In this document: positions 25,623 to 32,000 of the stretch, in pieces
Layout: each line of letters starts with the position of its first letter
Position numbering within the stretch: position 1 is the stretch's first letter
Assembly (NCBI GenBank): GCA_039916305.1
Contig: JBDSLR010000002.1
Span: 1-32,000 of the forward strand
Direction: 5' to 3'
DNA length: 32,000 nucleotides
Origin: Chitinophagaceae bacterium
GTDB lineage: Bacteria; Bacteroidota; Bacteroidia; Chitinophagales; Chitinophagaceae
The notes under the pieces: generated by a model
Seen by the model: the letters and a program-made list of their open reading frames with translations, nothing else
The model's database searches: none
Told to the model about the DNA's origin: nothing
Made by a program: the position numbers and the translations under genes

Positions 25623-25719
25623 GGAACAAATATACGTGAATCGTCAGTCGTAAGACGTCAGAAATGAGCCGCAAATCACTTGCCCTGACTGGGAATGCTA
25701 ACGTATTCACGATTGATGC

Positions 25720-25731
25720 TTCACGCCTCAC
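25720..25731. repeat. right arm of the perfect 12-bp inverted repeat (TTCACGCCTCAC)
   Basis: Exact reverse complement of 24906..24917. It lies 3 nt from the stop codon of the first OMP paralog. Confidence 0.85.
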
Positions 25732-25734
25732 TTT

Positions 25735-28653
25735 TTAGTTCACTATCCGCATATTCCGCATGCCCCGCTGAAACTGGCGAGGTATGGGCATACCGTTACT
25801 TTGCTGGCTGCCTTTCCTGATATTGTAGGTAAAGCTCAGCATCAAATAACGGTTGATTACATTAGTACGCGTATCCTGTATGTAATTATCACCGGTACTG
25901 CGGGTAAGGCTCTTGTTTTGGTTAAGTATATCGTATACCCCCAGTTTAATTTCACCATCTTTCTTTTTAAAGATCTGCAGTGCCAGGCTGGCATTCCAGT
26001 AAGCAACATGCTGATTATACCCCGCTGATAAACCTGAATTGATGGTATAGTCCAGGTCAGTAGATGCAATCAGGCGCTTAAACAAGGTATAGTTAATCTC
26101 GGGCGAATACGTCTGCGTATAGTATTCACTGTTAAGGTTCGATTGCAGGCTATATTTAAATGTGTTGTAAGAAACACTGCCATTAAACCCAAGGTCAAGC
26201 TGTTTGTGGTTGTAATTGATACCCAGCGACTGTGTAAGTATAAGGCCATTGGTATAGTTTTTTTGTTTGTACAGCAGGCTTACGTCTTTGTTGTAATTAA
26301 TAAAAGTAGTAGCATTAATATTGCCGCCTTTCAGCTTTTTCATTGTTTTGCCATATGTAAAAAATACAGAGGCATTGTAAGCGCCATTAAGGTTAATGGG
26401 CCTGGTCAGCTGCACGCCTTTTGCAAGTGTGTCAATACTATTTACTATTTTATTTTGTGTTACAGATGCATTTACATTAAAAGCTATAAACTGAAAATTG
26501 GCAATCTTAAATTTATTGTACCCCATATTTAAATTGTGGGCAAACTCCTGTTTTAGATCCGGGTTACCGGTTCTTATATTCTGGGGATTGGTAACATCCA
26601 GCACGTTCTGCAACTGGGACGTGCTGGGCTGGTTGGTCCGGCCGCGATAGTTCAAGCGCAGATTTTGTCCGGCTTTGGGCGCATAATTAAAGCTGGCATT
26701 GGGGTTAAAGTTGATATAGTTTCTGTTAATGACTGAATCCTTGCTGCTGCCATTATTGAATACATGGCTTTCGAGCGTGGTAAACTGAACAGAGCCCCCC
26801 AGCTGGTAATTGTATTTTTTCTGCTGCACCCTGAAGTTGGCACCCACCCGGTTAGATATAAAACTATTGGTAAAAAAATTTGTCTGCTGTGGATTGGGCA
26901 GAATGTATTCCCCGGTCAGCGTATCATAATTATTGGTTTTCTTATCAGAATTATTCTGGTTATTGCTGTAAGCATAGTTTACTTCCAGCAATTTATTTTT
27001 GCCCAGCGGCTCGGTATAAGACGCGCTGATAACATTATTGTTTGAATTTGTTTTTTGCGCGGACTGGTAATGCTGACTAAGGTAGTTTGAAATGCTGTCG
27101 CCGGTGGGAGACAATAATACCTGCGGTGAGATATTAAGGCCATTACCATGACTGTTATTGTACGTATTGCTCCAGCCCAATGTGAATGTGCGGCCTGTTT
27201 TATTAAGCCGTCTGCGGTACAAAAAATTATTATTAAGGCTGATGCCGTCCCGATCGTTTTCATTATAACTGGTACCCGCCAGTGCCGGAAATTGCTGTGA
27301 CCCCTTTAAAAAATTTACCGATGAAATATTGTTGCTAAACCCATTCGACTGCTGCACGGTGAAACTGGGTGTATATAAAACAGAGTTCATGGAGTCGATC
27401 CTGTATTCAAATCGCAGGTTGAACCGGTGATTGGTGTTCTGGTTTTCTGAAACTCTGTCTTCATTGCCATTGGTGGTAGAATCATTGGGGAAAAAGGTTT
27501 GCTTAAAAATATTTTGTACAGAAGTGTTTTTTGTATGCGATAAAAAATAACTGCCGCTTACATCAATTTTACTGCCCCAGCTGTCACGGTAGTTAAGACC
27601 GGCAGAAATACTGGATGTGATACCGTTTGAGCTGCCGCCAAATCCAAGGCCTGCAATGCCGCCGCGTGTGGCAACCATTTGCCCTCCACCCCCTGGTGCA
27701 CCGCCCCCGGGGCCACCACCCTGTCCACCACCGCCAAAACCGCCACCACCACCAGGGCCGCCATTGCCAAAACCGCCCATGGTACTGATAATATCAGAAA
27801 AAGAAAAGCCTTGCTTATTGGTATTGTTTACTGCTCCTATTAACGATATCTGGCGGTTGCCTTTGAAGCGGTTAAAAGAAAGGTTGTTATCATAACGGTT
27901 ATCAGTACCGCCGCCCAGATTTATCTTACCGAAATAACCATTCTTTTTATCCTTTTTCAATTTGATGTTCATGGCCTTTTGCCGGCTGCCATCATCTATT
28001 TTGGTAAACTTTGCCTGGTCGCTCATATCATCAAATACCTGCACACTTTCAACCATGTCTGCAGTAAGATTTTTTGTGGCCAGTTTGGGATCGGTACCAA
28101 AAAACTCTTTGCCATCTACATATACCTTTTGCACGGTCTCTCCCTGCGATTTTACCGTCCCATCACGGTCTACCTGCACACCCGGCAGCTTCTTCAACAA
28201 GCCTTCCACATCTTCATTGGGTTTGGTTTTAAAAGAACTGGCATTGTATTCAACGGTGTCTTTTTTTACACTAATGGGTGGCCGCTCCACAATTACTTCC
28301 TGTAGCGTAGTGCTTTTTCTTTCCATGAATATGCTGCCAAAATCAATAATGGACTTTTCTTTGGTAATAGCAAACACCTTACTCACGTTCTGATAACCAC
28401 CAAATGTTATCAGCAGGCGGTACCGGCCTTCCTCAATGTCTTTTATTTCGAAAACACCCTTTTCATTGGCCACCGTAAAACCGGTTGAAGAAGAATCGCG
28501 CAGATCCATTAAGGAAATAGTCGCATCCGCCAGTGACTGTTTACCGGCCGTGTCCACCACTTTTCCGCGGATGGAACCGGTTATGTTTTTTTGTGCCAGG
28601 AGTGGCAAAGCGCTTATAAAAAGTAGCAGTAAAAGCAGTATGGTCCGGTTCAT
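25735..28653 (-). CDS. outer-membrane beta-barrel protein (CarboxypepD_reg-like N-domain + plug-like domain + Gly-rich linker + large barrel; PF14905-like)
   Basis: The signal peptide is MNRTILLLLLLFISALPLLAQ, followed by ITGSIRGKVVDTAGK... (CarboxypepD_reg-like). The plug-like segment is LLKKLPGVQVDRDGTVKSQGE. A 33-residue Gly-rich run GGFGNGGPGGGGGFGGGGQGGGPGGGAPGGGGQ is present. The barrel region shows an alternating Asn/Tyr/Ser-rich beta pattern. 972 aa. Confidence 0.85.
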   Translation of the reverse strand: MNRTILLLLLLFISALPLLAQKNITGSIRGKVVDTAGKQSLADATISLMDLRDSSSTGFTVANEKGVFEIKDIEEGRYRLLITFGGYQNVSKVFAITKEKSIIDFGSIFMERKSTTLQEVIVERPPISVKKDTVEYNASSFKTKPNEDVEGLLKKLPGVQVDRDGTVKSQGETVQKVYVDGKEFFGTDPKLATKNLTADMVESVQVFDDMSDQAKFTKIDDGSRQKAMNIKLKKDKKNGYFGKINLGGGTDNRYDNNLSFNRFKGNRQISLIGAVNNTNKQGFSFSDIISTMGGFGNGGPGGGGGFGGGGQGGGPGGGAPGGGGQMVATRGGIAGLGFGGSSNGITSSISAGLNYRDSWGSKIDVSGSYFLSHTKNTSVQNIFKQTFFPNDSTTNGNEDRVSENQNTNHRFNLRFEYRIDSMNSVLYTPSFTVQQSNGFSNNISSVNFLKGSQQFPALAGTSYNENDRDGISLNNNFLYRRRLNKTGRTFTLGWSNTYNNSHGNGLNISPQVLLSPTGDSISNYLSQHYQSAQKTNSNNNVISASYTEPLGKNKLLEVNYAYSNNQNNSDKKTNNYDTLTGEYILPNPQQTNFFTNSFISNRVGANFRVQQKKYNYQLGGSVQFTTLESHVFNNGSSKDSVINRNYINFNPNASFNYAPKAGQNLRLNYRGRTNQPSTSQLQNVLDVTNPQNIRTGNPDLKQEFAHNLNMGYNKFKIANFQFIAFNVNASVTQNKIVNSIDTLAKGVQLTRPINLNGAYNASVFFTYGKTMKKLKGGNINATTFINYNKDVSLLYKQKNYTNGLILTQSLGINYNHKQLDLGFNGSVSYNTFKYSLQSNLNSEYYTQTYSPEINYTLFKRLIASTDLDYTINSGLSAGYNQHVAYWNASLALQIFKKKDGEIKLGVYDILNQNKSLTRSTGDNYIQDTRTNVINRYLMLSFTYNIRKGSQQSNGMPIPRQFQRGMRNMRIVN

Positions 28654-28863
28654 AAAAAGTTTTGTACCTGCGAAAATATCCGTTTACAAGGTATGCCAAC
28701 GCAAAAACATGGATAATCGGCGAATGTGCCGTCTGGAGAGGTGAATGGAGCGGGTGGGCACAGACTTTATTCCCGGATCTCAAAACAGGCACTGGTTGTT
28801 TTCTGTAAGCGTCAGTATATAAATGTAGTATGTGTCTGCCCAAATTGATAAAGCATCTGGCGT

Positions 28864-31704
28864 TTAAAATTTGCCCCGCCTCCCGCCACCGCCGTCAAAA
28901 TTGCCGGAAGGCATATTGTTGCGCATGCCCCTGAACATACCGGGCATCTTTTGCCCCTGGCCGGCAAACTTGCGCAGGTTGTACGTAAAAGTGAGCAGCC
29001 CATAACGGGTAAGTACATTTGTTTTTGTATCCTGTATGGCATTAGAGGTAATAGTGCGGGTTACGCTGGTATTTTGGTTCAGTAAATCAAAAACAGACAG
29101 CCTTAATTCTCCCTGTTTATTTTTGAATAGTTGCTTTGCAACAGACGGGCTCAGCAGCGGAATACTTGCGTTGTAACCAGCCGGGCGGTTGCCGTTGTAG
29201 GTATAATCAAAATCTGCGGCCAGCAGCCAGCCACTCTTCGTATAATAAGTAAGTTCTGCTGACAGCACTTCAGTATAGTAGTTCAGGTTCTGCAGTGGCT
29301 GCAAAGAATTCCTGGCAATATAATACGTAGTGGCAGACCGCAGGTTCATGTCAAAATTATCTTTCAGGTTGGTGGTCCAGGAAAGTGTTTCGCCCAGGGT
29401 GGTATTTCTTGAAAAAGCACTTACATTATTTACCAGGGTCTGGCTTTGACCATAAGCGGCATTGGTAATAAAACTCAGGTTGCTTTTTGGCTTTTTAAGC
29501 GGGATGCCATAATTGAAGTAGCCGTTAATATTATAAGTGCCGTTAAGGTTTACGGCTGTTGTTAACTGTGAGCCCCTGGTATTCGGCGGGCTGGGCAGGT
29601 ACACAATGGAGTTTTGGATATCATTGCTTATCATACTGGCATTGATAGTAGCAAACAATACCCTTTTTGTAACAGGGTTATAATTGGTATAGAGCATGCG
29701 CAAACTCTGGGTGAACTGCTGCTTTAAATTGGGATTACCCTGCGAGAAATTAATGGAATCACTGGTGGTAATTATTGGTTGCAGCTGGTTAATACCCGGC
29801 TGGCTGGTTCTGCCCGAATAATTGATCCGCAGGTTTTTTGTTTTTGAGAACATGTACTGGAAATTCACCGTGGGCGTAAGATTAATATAATGCTGACTTA
29901 TCTCCGTACGCTTTGTTGAATTGATGCTATTTAAATTACCCGCCTGTACCCCTGAACCAATGCTGAGGTTGTATTTTATATGCTGAACACGGTAATTGAT
30001 GGTAAGCCTGTTTGAATTGTAGGTATTCTCAAAAGCATTGCTGTAAAGGCTGTCGAACCGGTCGTACTTGGAAGAAAAATTATCCAGTGCATAGGTATAC
30101 CTCTCCGATGTATTCCTGCTGTATGAATAATTATAATTGAATTCCAGTATTTTATTTTTCCCGATGGGCTCTGTATAGGAAAGTGTAGGGCTAACTGTTA
30201 GCCCTGTTGAACCGGTAACAATATGCTGGTTAAGCGTATCTGCGTAAGCTGCCGGAGAGAAATGTGAATTGATGGCATAATTGGTACCAACCCCATTGTT
30301 GAGGCTGTTTTGCACATTCATGCCCATAGACAGGGTGCGGAATTTCTTTTGAAATTTGTGGCGGAACAGCAAATCGTACTGACCACTGTTGCCATCATTC
30401 AGCTGGGAAGCATTTGATTTGGTATTGTAAATAGCATTGCCACTTTCACTGCCGCCGGTGTATTTTGTCTCCTGGCCGGAAACGCTGTTGCTGTGCTGAA
30501 ACCCAATATTGGGGCGAAAAATCAGTGAATTGTTTGAATCTAACTGCTGCTCAATATTAAAGTTAATACGGTGGTTCCGGTTATTGCGGATGGACTGATT
30601 GTCCTGGCGGGTAAACGTAGACGAATCATGCGTAATGATGTTCTGCGCCAGGCTCTGCTGGGCTGTGCTCACATGCTGATTATTATAAAAATAGCTTCCG
30701 TAGGCCTGGGTACCGGGGCTCCAGTTATCGCGGTAATTAAGGCCACCAGCCCAGGTAGTTGTGATACCGGATCCGGAACCTCCAGCACCGCGGCCGCCTC
30801 CGCCCCTGCCACCATTGCCGCCTAAAATATCCTGTGTGCTAAAATTTTGTTTATTCACATCATTGCCCTGGCCAAGTACAGAAATCTGCTGGTTACCATT
30901 GAAACGGTGAATATTGAAGCTGTTGTCATACGTGCCATTGGAACCTACGCTTGCAGCGGCTTTACCAAAATACCCTTTCCGCTTGTCTTTTTTTGTAACA
31001 ATATTGATTGTTTTTACACGGTTGCCGTCATCAAAACCAGTGAACTTGCTTTGATCACTTACATCGTCAAAAACCTGTATCTTATCAATTACATCAGGCG
31101 GCAGGCTTTTACTGGCCAATTTGGGATCATCAGAGAAAAACCGTTTACCATCTACCAGTATCCTGGTTACCTGTTCGCCTTGTGCGGTAATAGTGCCGCT
31201 TTTATCAACTTCTACGCCGGGTAATTTTTTAAACAAATCTTCTGCTACTGCATTGGGTTTTGTTTTATAACTGCCTGCATCAAATTCAATGGTATCTTTT
31301 TTTATGGTGATGGGTGGCTTTTGCACAATTACTTCCTGCAGCATGGTGCTCTTGCGGGTCATTACAATACTGCCCATATCAATCAACCGCTTCTCTTTTG
31401 TAATAGCAAAAAACCGGCTCAGGTTTTCATATCCTTCAAAAGTTACCAGCAGCCTGTACCGGCCTTCTGCAAGATTCCTTATTTCAAAAAAGCCCTTTGC
31501 TTTGGCTTGCCCGTATTTGGGCACTGCGGACGAATCGTTGAGATCAAACAGGGCAATGCTTGCTCCGTTCAATGATTGTTTACCAGCTGTATCCAGGATA
31601 CTGCCGTTAACGGTGCCTGTAATAACCTGTTGCGCCAGTGTATGCAAACAGCAAATGATCAATACCAAACAGGAAAAGAGAATATGCCAGCAGAATTTTT
31701 TCAT
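28864..31704 (-). CDS. paralogous outer-membrane beta-barrel protein (same architecture as 25735..28653)
   Basis: The signal peptide is MKKFCWHILFSCLVLIICCLHTLAQ. The N-terminal ~240 aa aligns by eye with the neighbouring gene at a majority of positions. Matching pairs include GRYRLLVTFEGYEN / GRYRLLITFGGYQN and LQEVIVQKPPITIKKDTIEF / LQEVIVERPPISVKKDTVEY. The Gly/Arg linker is GGNGGRGGGGRGAGGSGSG. 946 aa, ending in ...GGGGRRGKF. Confidence 0.85.
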   Translation of the reverse strand: MKKFCWHILFSCLVLIICCLHTLAQQVITGTVNGSILDTAGKQSLNGASIALFDLNDSSAVPKYGQAKAKGFFEIRNLAEGRYRLLVTFEGYENLSRFFAITKEKRLIDMGSIVMTRKSTMLQEVIVQKPPITIKKDTIEFDAGSYKTKPNAVAEDLFKKLPGVEVDKSGTITAQGEQVTRILVDGKRFFSDDPKLASKSLPPDVIDKIQVFDDVSDQSKFTGFDDGNRVKTINIVTKKDKRKGYFGKAAASVGSNGTYDNSFNIHRFNGNQQISVLGQGNDVNKQNFSTQDILGGNGGRGGGGRGAGGSGSGITTTWAGGLNYRDNWSPGTQAYGSYFYNNQHVSTAQQSLAQNIITHDSSTFTRQDNQSIRNNRNHRINFNIEQQLDSNNSLIFRPNIGFQHSNSVSGQETKYTGGSESGNAIYNTKSNASQLNDGNSGQYDLLFRHKFQKKFRTLSMGMNVQNSLNNGVGTNYAINSHFSPAAYADTLNQHIVTGSTGLTVSPTLSYTEPIGKNKILEFNYNYSYSRNTSERYTYALDNFSSKYDRFDSLYSNAFENTYNSNRLTINYRVQHIKYNLSIGSGVQAGNLNSINSTKRTEISQHYINLTPTVNFQYMFSKTKNLRINYSGRTSQPGINQLQPIITTSDSINFSQGNPNLKQQFTQSLRMLYTNYNPVTKRVLFATINASMISNDIQNSIVYLPSPPNTRGSQLTTAVNLNGTYNINGYFNYGIPLKKPKSNLSFITNAAYGQSQTLVNNVSAFSRNTTLGETLSWTTNLKDNFDMNLRSATTYYIARNSLQPLQNLNYYTEVLSAELTYYTKSGWLLAADFDYTYNGNRPAGYNASIPLLSPSVAKQLFKNKQGELRLSVFDLLNQNTSVTRTITSNAIQDTKTNVLTRYGLLTFTYNLRKFAGQGQKMPGMFRGMRNNMPSGNFDGGGGRRGKF

Positions 31705-31794
31705 GAACAGTTTGTTAGCCTCCAGTGGTTAGAAGCCATTGCGCCAATAAACCTGCGAAAAACGCCGGGTATCTTTTGCAAAACAATTCGTTAA

Positions 31795-31802
31795 CAAACG
31801 TA
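31795..31802 (-). promoter_or_regulatory. candidate -7 promoter box upstream of the second OMP paralog (TACGTTTG on the minus strand)
   Basis: Exact TAnnTTTG match, about 90 nt upstream of the ATG at 31704. The leader is longer than for other candidates, so confidence is low. Confidence 0.25.
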
Positions 31803-31890
31803 GCCATGTAATTAAGCTGCGCCCATCCGGGTTACTAGGTAAGCCCTTGTTTACCTTGCACCGGCCCGCTTATAGTATACGGTAAGCGCT

Positions 31891-31926
31891 AAATAAAAAA
31901 ACCGAAGTGGTTAAAACTTCGGTTTT
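31891..31926 (-). terminator. intrinsic terminator after the partial right-edge gene
   Basis: 11-bp stem AAAACCGAAGT/ACTTCGGTTTT (31898..31908 and 31916..31926) with a 7-nt loop. On the minus strand it runs into TTTTTTTATTT. Confidence 0.75.
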
Positions 31927-31940
31927 AGTCAGTGCGTTTA

Positions 31941-32000
31941 TTAACTGAACAGGTACTCTACATCCGCCTTGGTGAGGCTCTTTACAAATCCTTCGTCATC
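31941..32000 (-). CDS. 3' end (19 codons) of an unidentified gene that continues beyond the window
   Basis: The minus-strand frame is open from the window edge and reads ...DDEGFVKSLTKADVEYLFS*. A strong terminator follows 14 nt later. It is too short to assign a product. Confidence 0.4.
   Translation of the reverse strand, partial: DDEGFVKSLTKADVEYLFS

Noticed and set aside
27617-27895. Proline-rich 92-aa ORF (PPPPGAPPPGPPPCPPPPKPPPPPGPP)
   Set aside because: It is the exact antisense reading of the poly-Gly (GGN) linker in the first OMP gene, so it is a compositional artefact.
27962-28393. Antisense ORFs at equivalent 5' positions of both OMP paralogs (27962..28393 and 28436..28744; 31289..31732), with similar peptide stretches
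   Set aside because: The similarity (for example TVSFFTLMGG... versus MVSFFMVMGG...) simply reflects conservation of the sense-strand paralogs. There are no start-site signals and no independent coding evidence.
28754-28850. Imperfect long-range inverted repeat GGGCACAGAC / GTGTCTGCCC, and an inner AAAACA-N9-TGTTTT hairpin, in the spacer between the OMP paralogs
   Set aside because: Only 8 of 10 positions pair, and the inner stem is a weak 6-bp A/T stem without a clear U-tract. It may be a weak terminator for the upstream paralog, but I cannot support that from sequence alone.
1-32000. Window-wide look for CRISPR repeats, rRNA/tRNA genes, transposase/integrase/recombinase genes, toxin-antitoxin pairs and known defence-system signatures
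   Set aside because: None was seen. Every ORF longer than 130 aa that does not overlap a better-supported gene has a housekeeping or envelope assignment. I noticed no periodic direct-repeat arrays on either strand.

Overview
This window looks like a largely housekeeping chromosomal segment from a Bacteroidota genome, probably Chitinophagia or Sphingobacteriia. That placement is inferred from four things: PF14905-like outer-membrane barrels with CarboxypepD_reg N-termini, a GxxExxY gene, a DUF4834-like gene, and TAnnTTTG -7 boxes with almost no Shine-Dalgarno sites. About 25 protein genes fill roughly 90% of the window.

Gene order:
- fabG (5' partial)
- AlkA-like glycosylase
- crotonase
- GxxExxY protein
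- PaaZ-like bifunctional enzyme
- adk
- msrB
- yceI-family gene
- class I/II aminotransferase
- two small ORFs, one missing from the supplied ORF track
- MurG-like glycosyltransferase
- SixA-like phosphatase
- purF
- a NarL-type response regulator with a 1261-aa multi-PAS/GAF histidine kinase
- SurA-like PPIase
- the conserved rimP-nusA-infB operon
- DUF4834-like small membrane protein
- HAD phosphatase
- two tandem paralogous ~950-aa outer-membrane beta-barrel proteins
- the last 19 codons of another minus-strand gene

I found no rRNA, tRNA, CRISPR array, transposase, integrase, or recognisable defence or toxin genes. I therefore cannot point to a clear multi-gene novel system.

The most interesting points are smaller:
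1. An unannotated 44-codon lipoprotein ORF is paired with an orphan 82-aa ORF, and the pair is bracketed by an 11/12 direct repeat.
2. A perfect 12-bp inverted repeat brackets the HAD cistron.
3. An AT-rich GxxExxY gene sits between two CoA-pathway genes and has flanking inverted repeats.
4. A strong 11-bp hairpin lies in the rimP-nusA-infB leader and could be an attenuator.
5. The tandem glycine-linker OMP paralogs share an upstream 11-mer.

All product calls rest on motif recognition by eye. No database search was run.
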